A DNA stretch of 52,354 bases from an uncultured Candidatus Saccharibacteria bacterium (lineage in GTDB: Bacteria; Patescibacteriota; Minisyncoccia; Phycocordibacterales; UBA9973): NCBI GenBank assembly GCA_964618925.1, contig CAZUCZ010000001.1, forward strand, positions 1,464-53,817, given 5' to 3'. Position 1 is the stretch's first letter. Each line of letters begins with the position of its first letter. This document shows, piece after piece, positions 33,352-42,514 of this stretch. The position numbers and the translations under genes were made by a program. A model generated the notes under the pieces. That model did no database searches. It was given only the letters and a program-made list of their open reading frames with translations, and had not been told where the DNA came from.

Positions 33352-34434
33352 TTATTTTAGTGCTGGAACAACTGGTGTTGCTTCTGGTTTTTTCTCTTCG
33401 GGTTGTTCGATTGAGTTTCCTGTTTTGATCACGTGGTCTACGAGCGTGTATGTGTACCCCATCTCGTTGTCATACCAGCCGAGAACTTTAACAAGGTTGC
33501 CTCCGACGACACGAGTCATCTTGAGGTCCGCAATAGAGGCATGTGATTCACCGAGAATGTCTGAAGAGACTAGGTCTTCTTCGGTGACTGCAAAAACTTT
33601 ATTCCAGCGAGAATCCATCGCTGCTTTTTTCAAGATTTCATTTACCTCAGGCGCGGTAGTCGGCTTCTTTGAAATAAATGTGATATCTACGATAGAACCT
33701 GCGGGTACAGGCACACGAATAGAGATACCGTCAAATAATCCTGTTAATTCTGGAAATGCTTTGGTAACTGCAATCGCCGCACCCGTAGAACTCGGTACGA
33801 TGTTTTGTGCAGCAGCGCGACCTTCGCGGAAATCTTTTTTATTTGGTCCATCGACAAGCGCTTGGGATGCGGTGTACCCGTGTACTGTATTTAAAATGGC
33901 TTTATCTATGCCGAGCGCTTCGTGGAGTATCGCGATGAGCGGAGAAGCTGCATTGGTCGTACAAGACGCGTTTGAAGTGACATCACAAGATCCAAATTTA
34001 TTTTCATTAATCGCCATGAGAATGGTTTCCCCGGCGACCGGTCCTTCACCATCTTTGGCTGGTGCAGAAATTACTACTTTTTTAGCCCCCGCTTTGATGT
34101 GTGCGCCAGCTTTTGTATAGGAAGTAAAGAACCCAGTAGACTCTACCACCACATCGATGTTCATATCTCTCCATGGGAGCATGCTCGGATCTGTCTGAGC
34201 AAGCACTTTGATTACTTTCCCATCAATGGTGATTTGATCTCCATCGGCAGTGATTTCATGATTCCATCCTTTGTATACGGTGTCGTGCTTGAGTAAATAC
34301 GCCATATTAGCAATATCACCAAGATCATTTATCGCGACTATTTCGAGTTCAGGCTTATCCCAAGCGATTTTTAAAAATGCCCTCCCTATTCTGCCAAAAC
34401 CATTGATACCCACGCGGATTTTTTTATCTGCCAT
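33352..34434 (-). CDS. gap: Glyceraldehyde-3-phosphate dehydrogenase
   Basis: RVGINGFGRIGR, SNASCTTNA (catalytic Cys) and WYDNEMGY. Confidence 0.95.
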   Translation of the reverse strand: MADKKIRVGINGFGRIGRAFLKIAWDKPELEIVAINDLGDIANMAYLLKHDTVYKGWNHEITADGDQITIDGKVIKVLAQTDPSMLPWRDMNIDVVVESTGFFTSYTKAGAHIKAGAKKVVISAPAKDGEGPVAGETILMAINENKFGSCDVTSNASCTTNAASPLIAILHEALGIDKAILNTVHGYTASQALVDGPNKKDFREGRAAAQNIVPSSTGAAIAVTKAFPELTGLFDGISIRVPVPAGSIVDITFISKKPTTAPEVNEILKKAAMDSRWNKVFAVTEEDLVSSDILGESHASIADLKMTRVVGGNLVKVLGWYDNEMGYTYTLVDHVIKTGNSIEQPEEKKPEATPVVPALK

Positions 34435-34513
34435 AATTTATTGTGTACTTAATTTTAATACATATAGTATAGCAAAAATACAGAATGCAACAAAGAAGAA
34501 AGTAACTTTGAAT

Positions 34514-34600
34514 GTAACTTTTTAAGGGGTTTCGAACTCGACGGAGCGAGAATTTCAGGATTTTTTAAGCTTCAAAAAATCCGTACCGGCAAAAAGTTAC
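34514..34600. repeat. Intergenic palindromic element, copy B (gap/dnaE divergent spacer)
   Basis: Perfect 10-bp terminal inverted repeat GTAACTTTTT (34514-34523) / AAAAAGTTAC (34591-34600). Internal hairpin GGATTTTTT-AAGCTTC-AAAAAATCC (34558-34582). Homologous to 14444-14527. Confidence 0.8.
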
Positions 34601-34639
34601 TACTTCAGAAATTACTTCATAGTATGTTATTATAAGAAA

Positions 34640-37600
34640 ATGCCCAAGGAAAAAGACTCAAATTTCGTACACCTCCATACTCACAGCCACTACTCCCTCC
34701 TCGACGGTCTTTCAAAGATAGAGGATCTCGTTGATCTCGCTAAAAAATACAAAATGGAGGCGCTTGCTATCACTGACCACGGTAATATGTACGGTGCAAT
34801 TGAATTCTATAAACTCGCTAAAAAAGCAGGCATAAAACCCATTATAGGCATAGAGGCGTACACCACCGCAGGTAAACGCACTGACAGGACCACCGAAGCC
34901 GGAGGTGGTAAAAGGTACAACCACTTGATCTTGCTCGCAAAAAACATGCAAGGATATAAAAACCTCATTCAACTCGTCACACTCTCACAACTCGAAGGGA
35001 TGTATTATAAACCCCGCATGGACAAAGAAATCTTAAGAAAACATTCTGAGGGTATCATTGCACTCTCTGGATGCATGGGCGGTGAGCTTGCGCAGGCACT
35101 CATGAAGCTCGACCTCGAAGGTGGCGAAAGAATCGCAAAAGAATACCAAGATATCTTTGGTAAAGAAAACTATTTTTTAGAAATACAACATTATGGAAAT
35201 CTCGAAGGTGGAAAAGAACTCAAAGCAGGACTCCTCGCACTTAATAAAAAACTCGGTATTCCTCTCGTCGCCACTATTGATTCACACTATTCTCATAAAG
35301 ATGACGCGAAGGCACACGACACGCTCTTATCTATCCAAACAAACTCTGATATTAAAAGTGAGAACAAATTCTCTTTTGGTGATGGTGATTATTCTTTTAG
35401 GAATACCAAAGAAGTAAAAGAGATGTTCAAAGATACACCTGAAGCCATCGCAAACACAGTCAAAATAGCCGACATGTGTAATCTCGAGCTCGAGCTCGGT
35501 AAGTGGGTGTTCCCAAATTTTGAAATCGAAAAAGGTAAAAGCTATGATCAAAAACTGCGAGAGCTCGCGTATGCTGGTTTTGAAACGTTGGGTGTCGCTC
35601 AAACACCGGAGGTGCTCGAGCGTGTTGAGTACGAGCTCAAAGTCATCACTGATAAAGGATATTCGCCATACTTTCTCGTAGTCGGAGACTTATTGCGACA
35701 TGCCAAAGAAAATGGAATCCTCACTACGATCAGAGGATCCGTCGCCGGATCTATGGTCACGTATCTGATCGGTATTACAAACGTAAATCCAATAGAATAC
35801 AAAATCCCCTTTGAACGATTCTTAAATCCATTCCGTCCTTCCGCACCCGACATCGATATGGACTACGCCGACAATAGACGTGATGAAATGATCGAATACG
35901 CAAAACAAAAATATGGCGCAGACCATGTGGCACAGATCGGAACCTTTGGTACTATGATGGCGCGTGGTGCCGTGCGTGACGTCGCTCGCGCGCTCGCATA
36001 CCCGTACGCAGTTGGTGACAGAATTTCGAAAATGATCCCTATGGGCTCCCAAGGTATGCCGATGACCATAGATCATGCGATGAAGATAGTCCCTGAGCTC
36101 AAAGAAATTTACAACAAAGAAAAAGACACTAAAGAAATTATTGATCTTGCAAAGAAACTCGAAGGATGTGTGAGACACATCTCTGTGCACGCCGCAGGAG
36201 TCGTGATCTCTCCAGAGCCGCTTTACAACTACTCACCGACACAATTCGATCCGAAGGGTGGAAAAATAATTACCCAATACGACATGTACAGCATCGAGGA
36301 AGCGGGTCTACTGAAGTTTGACTTCTTGGGTATTCGCAACCTATCAATTTTATCTGATGCAGTGTCACTGGTGAAAAATTTCTACAATATCGAGATTGAT
36401 ATAGAGCGCATACCACTCGATGACAAAAAAACATTTGAACTACTCGCAAGTGGACAAACTGAAGGACTATTTCAATTAAACGGCAGTGGTATGACGAGAT
36501 ACCTCAAAGAGTTAAAGCCGACGTCGATCCACGATATCAATGCCATGGTGGCGCTGTATCGCCCTGGACCGATGGACTCGATACCCGAATACATCAAACG
36601 TAAACACAACCCAAGCCTCATAAAATATTTAGATCCACGAATGAAAAAATATCTCGGTGATTCATATGGCATCATCGTGTACCAAGACGACCTCCTTTTG
36701 TCTGCGATCGAGCTTGCGGGGTATAACTGGGAAGAAGCAGATAAATTCCGTAAAGCAGTCGGTAAAAAAATACCGGCTGAAATGGCGGCACAAAAAGAAA
36801 AACTCATCAAAGGTATTATCGCTAATGGACAGACTCCCACATTTGCTGAAAAGCTCTGGAAGCTCTTCGAGCCGTTCCAAGCATATGGTTTCGGAAAGGC
36901 CCACGCCGCAAGCTATGGAAAGGTCGCATACCAAACAGCGTACATGAAGGCGAATTACCCTGTGGAATACATGACAGCCATTTTGACTGCAGAGTCTGGT
37001 GATGTAGAAAAAATATCAGAAATCATCGAAGAATGTAAACACATGGAGATCCCTGTTTTACCACCAAACATAAATGAAAGTTATGGTGGCTTTACTTGCT
37101 TACCCGCCGAAGCTGATACGATAATCAGCAAAGAAAATGTAAGTAAGAAAATCCGATTTGGATTTTACACTATCAAAAATCTTGGTACTGATATTGGAGA
37201 TGCAATTATCAAAGAGAGAAAAGAACATGGAAAATTCAAATCCATGACAGATTTCCTCGACAGAATTAAACACAAAAATCTAAACAAAAAGTCTATGGAT
37301 GCGCTCATTAAATCAGGATGTATGGACGAGTGGGGGGACCGTGGTGTATTCCTCGCAAATATGGAAGACATGCTTGCGTATAATCATGCCAAAAATAAAG
37401 AGAATGAAAACCAAGGTTCATTGTTTGGAAGTTTACCGACAGAGATCTCATCTTTTAAAATGAAAGAGGCAGCACCTGCCACCCAGGCAGAAAAATTGCT
37501 CTGGGAAAAAGAATTACTTGGACTCTATATTTCTGGGCATCCACTCGACAGACTCAGAGAAAAATTAGAGAGCCGCCCACTCAATATTAAAAAAATCAAA

Positions 37601-37861
37601 GATCAACTCACCAACGGTATGCAAGTCACCATCGCGGGAATTATCGAATCCTCGAGGCAAGTCGTCACCAAGAAAAATGAACGCATGGCATTCCTCAAGA
37701 TCGCTGACCTTTCAGACTCCATCGAAGCGGTCGCCTTCCCTTCTATCTTTAAAGACTCCATCGACATCCTCGTGCCTGAAAAATGCATCGCCCTTTCAGG
37801 CAAAGTTTCAAATAGAAATAACGAAAAGAGTATAATAATCGAAGCAGTAAAAGAGATTTAA
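34640..37861 (+). CDS. dnaE: DNA polymerase III alpha subunit
   Basis: PHP domain FVHLHTHSHYSLLDG, polymerase core ...PDIDMDY..., and an OB-fold C-terminus. 1073 aa. Confidence 0.95.
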   Translation: MPKEKDSNFVHLHTHSHYSLLDGLSKIEDLVDLAKKYKMEALAITDHGNMYGAIEFYKLAKKAGIKPIIGIEAYTTAGKRTDRTTEAGGGKRYNHLILLAKNMQGYKNLIQLVTLSQLEGMYYKPRMDKEILRKHSEGIIALSGCMGGELAQALMKLDLEGGERIAKEYQDIFGKENYFLEIQHYGNLEGGKELKAGLLALNKKLGIPLVATIDSHYSHKDDAKAHDTLLSIQTNSDIKSENKFSFGDGDYSFRNTKEVKEMFKDTPEAIANTVKIADMCNLELELGKWVFPNFEIEKGKSYDQKLRELAYAGFETLGVAQTPEVLERVEYELKVITDKGYSPYFLVVGDLLRHAKENGILTTIRGSVAGSMVTYLIGITNVNPIEYKIPFERFLNPFRPSAPDIDMDYADNRRDEMIEYAKQKYGADHVAQIGTFGTMMARGAVRDVARALAYPYAVGDRISKMIPMGSQGMPMTIDHAMKIVPELKEIYNKEKDTKEIIDLAKKLEGCVRHISVHAAGVVISPEPLYNYSPTQFDPKGGKIITQYDMYSIEEAGLLKFDFLGIRNLSILSDAVSLVKNFYNIEIDIERIPLDDKKTFELLASGQTEGLFQLNGSGMTRYLKELKPTSIHDINAMVALYRPGPMDSIPEYIKRKHNPSLIKYLDPRMKKYLGDSYGIIVYQDDLLLSAIELAGYNWEEADKFRKAVGKKIPAEMAAQKEKLIKGIIANGQTPTFAEKLWKLFEPFQAYGFGKAHAASYGKVAYQTAYMKANYPVEYMTAILTAESGDVEKISEIIEECKHMEIPVLPPNINESYGGFTCLPAEADTIISKENVSKKIRFGFYTIKNLGTDIGDAIIKERKEHGKFKSMTDFLDRIKHKNLNKKSMDALIKSGCMDEWGDRGVFLANMEDMLAYNHAKNKENENQGSLFGSLPTEISSFKMKEAAPATQAEKLLWEKELLGLYISGHPLDRLREKLESRPLNIKKIKDQLTNGMQVTIAGIIESSRQVVTKKNERMAFLKIADLSDSIEAVAFPSIFKDSIDILVPEKCIALSGKVSNRNNEKSIIIEAVKEI

Positions 37862-37865
37862 TCTA

Positions 37866-38093
37866 CTACATACTATAATCTGTGTCAGGGATTATGGGTG
37901 GTTTTGCTATGTCTTTCGCTTGTAAAACTGCATCACCTGGTAAGATTTCTCCCGCTAGTAGTTTTTCTAAAACCTGCCTAACTTGAGGTATGTCGTACTC
38001 TTGATTATTCTCTTCGAGACTCAGAATAATACCTTCGATTTGACTCACCGCACTTTTAAATGGATTAAAATTTTCTGGGCTACTATATTGCAT
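37866..38093 (-). CDS. Hypothetical small protein
   Basis: 75-aa ORF with no recognisable motif. It fills the gap between dnaE and pth. Confidence 0.35.
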   Translation of the reverse strand: MQYSSPENFNPFKSAVSQIEGIILSLEENNQEYDIPQVRQVLEKLLAGEILPGDAVLQAKDIAKPPIIPDTDYSM

Positions 38094-38105
38094 ACTCTTT
38101 TTATA

Positions 38106-38654
38106 TTAATTATAAATACTCATCGCCTTTTCTCGACCTTCGGTAAATATCATTTCGATTGCGTCGGTGATTTTCTTACTCATCTTTTTTATTTGCTCGA
38201 GTTCTGGCTTTTTGAATTCACCGAGGAGGAACTTCATTACTGCTTCCTCACCTTTTGGTTTGCGGATTTTTCCTGTTGGCGTCGTCGGAGCGATACCTAC
38301 TCGTACCCGTACGAACTCCGTACTCTTTACGGATTTGATAATAGAGCCCACACCATTATGACCACCAGAAGATCTATTGAAGGAGATTTTGATTTTCCCC
38401 AGCGGTAAATCAATGTCATCATAAATCACGATTAAATTTTCCAAATCTTTTTTTGTTTTTACAAATGGAGCCACTGCTTTACCTGAATGATTCATAAAGG
38501 TATCAGGTAAAATAAACTTCACCTGCCTACCGGCAGGCAGGCTTTTTTGATCTTTAATTTTTTTCTCTACGAGCGCGGCTAAAATACGCCCTGTATTGTG
38601 TCTCGTATTCTCATATTCTGTTCCAGGATTACCTAGTCCTACTACAATTTTCAT
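38106..38654 (-). CDS. pth: Peptidyl-tRNA hydrolase
   Basis: MKIVVGLGNPGTEYENTRHNTG, PDTFMNHSG and GGHNG. ATG at 38654 with AAGGTG about 13 nt upstream. The track start at 38690 is a TTG. Confidence 0.9.
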   Translation of the reverse strand: MKIVVGLGNPGTEYENTRHNTGRILAALVEKKIKDQKSLPAGRQVKFILPDTFMNHSGKAVAPFVKTKKDLENLIVIYDDIDLPLGKIKISFNRSSGGHNGVGSIIKSVKSTEFVRVRVGIAPTTPTGKIRKPKGEEAVMKFLLGEFKKPELEQIKKMSKKITDAIEMIFTEGREKAMSIYN

Positions 38655-38769
38655 ACTTGAATCATAACACCTTGGATTCAAAATATCCAACCAGGCAAAA
38701 AATCATCAAAATACATTACAAAACATATTTGAATATTCTGTCAATCTTATTGTGTGTTATATTATAGCC

Positions 38770-39342
38770 ATGGAAAAAGAACAATCTCAAAATAAAACGA
38801 CCTGGCAATCCATTTGGGAGCTTGTGCGTTTTGCGGCTATCGCATTACTCATAGTTGTGCCGATACGTCTATTTATCATAGAACCTTTTGTGGTTTCAGG
38901 ATCTTCAATGTTCCCGACATTCAAAAATGGCGACTACTTAATCATAGACAAGATTTCCTACGAATTAGGAGACCCCCATAGGGATGACATCGTGGTATTT
39001 AGATATCCAAATGATCCAAGTAAGTTTTTCATTAAGAGAATTATCGGACTTCCTGGAGAAACTGTAGATATTACAGGCAGCACCGTCACCATAACCAATG
39101 GCATACACAAACAAGGCTTCACTCTTACTGAACCATATGTAGAAAATACTTCCAATAATACGACACATCTAGAATTACAAGGCGACGAATATTTTGTAAT
39201 GGGCGACAACAGAAATGCGAGTTCGGATTCCAGATATTGGGGTCCGGTTAAAAGAAAATTATTAGTAGGAAGAGCATTACTACGATTATTACCCGTCACC
39301 ACCCTAGACGTTTTCCCTGGGTCCTATGCACAAAGTGAATAA
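38770..39342 (+). CDS. lepB: Signal peptidase I
   Basis: VSGSSMFPTFKNGDYLI (catalytic Ser), KRIIGLPGE (Lys box) and GDNRNASSDSRYWG. Confidence 0.85.
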   Translation: MEKEQSQNKTTWQSIWELVRFAAIALLIVVPIRLFIIEPFVVSGSSMFPTFKNGDYLIIDKISYELGDPHRDDIVVFRYPNDPSKFFIKRIIGLPGETVDITGSTVTITNGIHKQGFTLTEPYVENTSNNTTHLELQGDEYFVMGDNRNASSDSRYWGPVKRKLLVGRALLRLLPVTTLDVFPGSYAQSE

Positions 39343-39363
39343 TAAAAATTAATATAAAAATTT

Positions 39364-40662
39364 ATGAAAAAGACAACAACCAAAAGCAAAGCACGAGAGA
39401 TAGCATCACCAAAAGGCATGCGCGATATCATGAATGAGACATATTATAATTTTCAAGGCTTTTTCGAGAAAGCTCAAGAGATCGCGGTCTACTATGGATT
39501 CAAGCCGATAGACACACCAATGCTCGAGCACGAAGAAATATTCACTACCAGTATTGGTGAAGGTACAGACATCATCGACAAAGAGATGTATACCCTAAAG
39601 ACAAAAGGCGGTGACCACCTCGCACTTCGCCCTGAACACACCGCCCCACTCATGCGTTCATATATCGAAAATGGCATGCAAAACATGCCACAACCCGTCA
39701 TGTTCTACCAATACGGACCAATTTTTAGACACGACAAACCTCAAAAGGGTCGTTATCGACAATTTTGGCAATTCGACCTAGATTCACTAGGTAATGATAA
39801 AAGTATCATGGATGCCCTCGTCATTAAGGCTGGTATGAGTATCCTCGAAGAGGCTGGTGCCACAAATCTATCAATAGACATAAATTCTATTGGTGACAAA
39901 GAATGCAGAAATGGATATGTAAAAGAATTAGTGAGTTATTATAAAAAACACTTGAGTAGTCTCCCTGCAGTTGACCGCGAACGTCTCAAAGTGAACCCAC
40001 TACGTATCCTTGACTCCAAAGAAGAAAAGACAAAAGAAATAAACGAACGTGCTCCAGACTCTATTTCATTCCTTTGTGCATCTTGCAAAAAACACTTCAA
40101 AGAAGTCCTCGAATATCTCGAGGAGATTGGCGTACCATATAATGTAAACAAAAATTTAGTTCGTGGACTTTCCTACTACACACGTACTGTGTTTGAAGTA
40201 TATACTGAGCCAGACGAAGAAGGTGGTCTCCCTGTCCAAGTCGCTTCTGGTGGACGTTATGACTATCTCGCAAAACAAATCGGTGGCAAAAAAGATGTGC
40301 CTGCGGTCGGGTTCTCAATGGGAGTCGATCGTATCGTCGAAGCAAAATGGTATAAAAAGCTTTCTCCACGCATTATTAAAAAGCCAAAGATATACTTTAT
40401 CCAACTCGGCTCTGAAGCCAAACTCAAGAGTTTAAATATCATCGAAATATTACGTAAAGCACATATACCAATAGCGCAATCTCTCTCCAAAGACTCTCTT
40501 GGCTCCCAGCTCGCTATCGCTGAAAAACTTGCGATCCCTTATGCACTTATTTTCGGAGTTAAGGAAGCATTAGATAATTCTGTGATCGTACGAAATATGA
40601 GCAACCGATCTCAAGACACAGTGAAGTTGAATAAATTGCTCGAATACTTAAAAGAACTTTAA
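39364..40662 (+). CDS. hisS: Histidyl-tRNA synthetase
   Basis: LRPEHTAPLMR (motif 2 region), FRHDKPQKGRYRQFWQFD, and GGRYDYL / GFSMGVDR (motif 3). Confidence 0.9.
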   Translation: MKKTTTKSKAREIASPKGMRDIMNETYYNFQGFFEKAQEIAVYYGFKPIDTPMLEHEEIFTTSIGEGTDIIDKEMYTLKTKGGDHLALRPEHTAPLMRSYIENGMQNMPQPVMFYQYGPIFRHDKPQKGRYRQFWQFDLDSLGNDKSIMDALVIKAGMSILEEAGATNLSIDINSIGDKECRNGYVKELVSYYKKHLSSLPAVDRERLKVNPLRILDSKEEKTKEINERAPDSISFLCASCKKHFKEVLEYLEEIGVPYNVNKNLVRGLSYYTRTVFEVYTEPDEEGGLPVQVASGGRYDYLAKQIGGKKDVPAVGFSMGVDRIVEAKWYKKLSPRIIKKPKIYFIQLGSEAKLKSLNIIEILRKAHIPIAQSLSKDSLGSQLAIAEKLAIPYALIFGVKEALDNSVIVRNMSNRSQDTVKLNKLLEYLKEL

Positions 40663-40671
40663 AATACACTT

Positions 40672-41256
40672 ATGAAGATCATCCTTCAACAACAAGAACG
40701 CGTACTACGCAAGGTAGCTAAGGAAGTTCCCCTACCTGATATCACAAAACCAAAGATCAAAAAAATCTTAAAGGAGATGTCCGTATCGCTCGCAAGCCAA
40801 CACGATGGTGTAGCTATCGCTGCACCACAGATCGGATATAGCTTCCGAATCTTTCTGGTCTCAGGTAAAATTTTTGGAGCAGGATTTTCTAGGCGGGGTG
40901 TCTCGCAGGCTGACGAGCCGAGAGGCAGCGCTGAATCAGCAGATTCAGACAGCGACCCCGCAAAGAAAGATCCTGGGACCAAGAAGGATCTTGTGTTTAT
41001 TAACCCAAAGATATCAAAACTCTCACGTGAACGAGCCTGGGTACCCGAAGGCTGCCTTTCAGTACGATGGCTCTACGGCAAGACCTTTAGATCCAAAAAA
41101 GCTACCGTGACCGCATACGACGAAGAAGGTAAAAAGTTCACCCGTGGTGCTTCGGGACTCCTCGCACAGATATTCCAACACGAGACAGACCACCTAAACG
41201 GCATTCTCTTTATCGATCACGCCAAAGATATAAAAGAAGAATTACCAGCGAAATAA
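40672..41256 (+). CDS. def: Peptide deformylase with an inserted acidic low-complexity segment
   Basis: GVAIAAPQIG (motif 1), EGCLS (motif 2) and QHETDH (motif 3). About 30 extra residues (GAGFSRRGVSQADEPRGSAESADSDSDPAKKDPG) lie between motif 1 and the INP strand. Confidence 0.9.
   Translation: MKIILQQQERVLRKVAKEVPLPDITKPKIKKILKEMSVSLASQHDGVAIAAPQIGYSFRIFLVSGKIFGAGFSRRGVSQADEPRGSAESADSDSDPAKKDPGTKKDLVFINPKISKLSRERAWVPEGCLSVRWLYGKTFRSKKATVTAYDEEGKKFTRGASGLLAQIFQHETDHLNGILFIDHAKDIKEELPAK
40881..40974. repeat. GC-rich imperfect palindromic element, in frame inside def
   Basis: The outer arms AGGAT.TTCT..GCGGGG....TCGC (40881-40906) pair with GCGA CCCCGC..AGAA..ATCCT (40952-40974). Perfect inner hairpin CTGAATC-AGCA-GATTCAG (40931-40948). 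Confidence 0.65.
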
Positions 41257-41270
41257 TTTTTACATCGTAG

Positions 41271-42128
41271 ATGCAAGATCATAAAAAACTAAATTTCGTA
41301 TTTTTTGGTACTTCAGAGGAAGCAACATATGCGCTTGATGCTTTATATGAAAAAGGATACATACCTTCCTTGATCGTTACTGCACCTGATAGACCGGCAG
41401 GAAGGAACCATGAGCTAAAGGCTCCACTCGCAAAGCTGTGGGCACAAGAACACACTGTTCCCTTTCTTCAACCAGAAAAAATTACTGCTGAAGTTATCGA
41501 AGAAATTGCGAAACAACATGCAGAGATATTTATTGTAGTTGGCTACGGAAGGATCTTGCCTCAAGCGTTAATAGATATTCCAAAATATAACACACTGAAC
41601 ATTCATACTTCTTTATTGCCACTCCACCGTGGACCTACACCCATAGAAGGACCAATCCTTGCTGGAGACAGAGAGACTGGTATCACGATCATGGTTATAG
41701 ACAAAGATGTTGACCATGGTCCAATTATCAAGCAAGAAGTCTACCCTCTGATCGGCACAGAAACAACACCAGAGCTGACCAAAATACTTTTTACCCGTGG
41801 TGGTGAACTACTCGCAGAATTACTCCCAGATTGGATTATGGGGAAAATTACCCCAAGAGAACAAGATCACTCGAAAGCTACCTTCACAAAAAAACTTAAA
41901 AAAGAAGATGGCTTGGTAGATATAGAAAAAAATTCTGATAAGGAGTTATGGGCAAAATTCCGAGCCTATACCCCCTGGCCACGGATTTTCTTTTTCCAAA
42001 ACGGCAAGAGAATCATCATCACTGACGCTGCTCTTGAGAATGGCAAATTTATAATAAAGAAAGTAATCCCTGAAGGTAAAAAGGAAATGTCATGGGAAAT
42101 TTTTCAACAATCTAATACTTCCCTGTAA
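41271..42128 (+). CDS. fmt: Methionyl-tRNA formyltransferase
   Basis: FFGTSEEATYALDAL, NIHTSLLPLHRGPTPIE (SLLP/HRG motif) and a C-terminal beta-barrel domain. Confidence 0.9.
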   Translation: MQDHKKLNFVFFGTSEEATYALDALYEKGYIPSLIVTAPDRPAGRNHELKAPLAKLWAQEHTVPFLQPEKITAEVIEEIAKQHAEIFIVVGYGRILPQALIDIPKYNTLNIHTSLLPLHRGPTPIEGPILAGDRETGITIMVIDKDVDHGPIIKQEVYPLIGTETTPELTKILFTRGGELLAELLPDWIMGKITPREQDHSKATFTKKLKKEDGLVDIEKNSDKELWAKFRAYTPWPRIFFFQNGKRIIITDAALENGKFIIKKVIPEGKKEMSWEIFQQSNTSL

Positions 42129-42510
42129 ATGGGTTTCTCTTAGAGAGTCCCTTCATCATTTTCTTTACACTCGCGGCACCTCTCTTGAATAGAGTTTGTT
42201 TACGATCTTTGTTTTTATTGATCTCTCTGAACAAATTTTCTTTCACTGTATCAATAGCGACATAGAGATCTTCTTCGTCAGCACTTGAATAAAATTCCTT
42301 ACCGCCAATATTTATCAAGCAATACGCCCGAAATACTTCTCCGCCTTTGTGATGATTCGTACTCTTGCCCACCTCAAATGACACACTCACCTGCCCACCG
42401 TTTTGCTCAATCCCGGAGATTAACTTTTCTAGGTTAGTCACTCTTTTTAAGACATGATCCTTGATAGACTCTGTTAATTCTATGTTCTTGCCTTGTAGAT
42501 TTATTTGCAT
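42112..42510 (-). CDS. hpf: Ribosome hibernation/modulation factor (RaiA/HPF, S30AE family)
   Basis: MQINLQGKNIELTESIKDHVLKRVTNLEKL is the typical S30AE N-terminus. The 3' end overlaps the convergent fmt by 17 nt. Confidence 0.8.
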   Translation of the reverse strand: MQINLQGKNIELTESIKDHVLKRVTNLEKLISGIEQNGGQVSVSFEVGKSTNHHKGGEVFRAYCLINIGGKEFYSSADEEDLYVAIDTVKENLFREINKNKDRKQTLFKRGAASVKKMMKGLSKRNPFTGKY

Positions 42511-42514
42511 ATAT

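Noticed and set aside
33425-34120. A 231-aa ORF on the + strand, antisense to gap. Similar long antisense ORFs occur at 30399-31040 (opposite tkt), 46116-46772 (opposite the DUF2231 gene), 11311-11844 (opposite valS/prsW) and 8272-8835 (an alternative frame of tsaD).
   Set aside because: Each lies entirely within a confidently identified gene on the other strand or frame. Their translations are low-complexity (Ser/Thr/Ala/Ile-rich) with no motifs. These are typical shadow ORFs produced by codon bias.
30194-34434. The block of split transketolase, rpe-like, rpiB and gap, considered as a potentially novel system.
   Set aside because: This is a standard non-oxidative pentose-phosphate/lower-glycolysis arrangement. 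Split tkt genes are common in small-genome bacteria and archaea, so it is ordinary core metabolism.
34862-34909. A GC-rich imperfect palindrome inside dnaE (ACCACCGCAGG ... CCGGAGGTGGT) encoding TTAGKRTDRTTEAGGGK.
   Set aside because: Only 9 of 11 positions pair, and the loop is long. The encoded segment is about the same length as the corresponding loop in other DnaE proteins as I remember them. There is no evidence of an insertion, and it may be chance in Gly/Thr/Arg codons.
42112-42128. A 17-nt overlap of the convergent fmt and hpf 3' ends. A similar 9-nt overlap occurs at 2336-2344.
   Set aside because: Short convergent 3' overlaps are common in compact genomes. No additional structure or motif is evident in the overlap.
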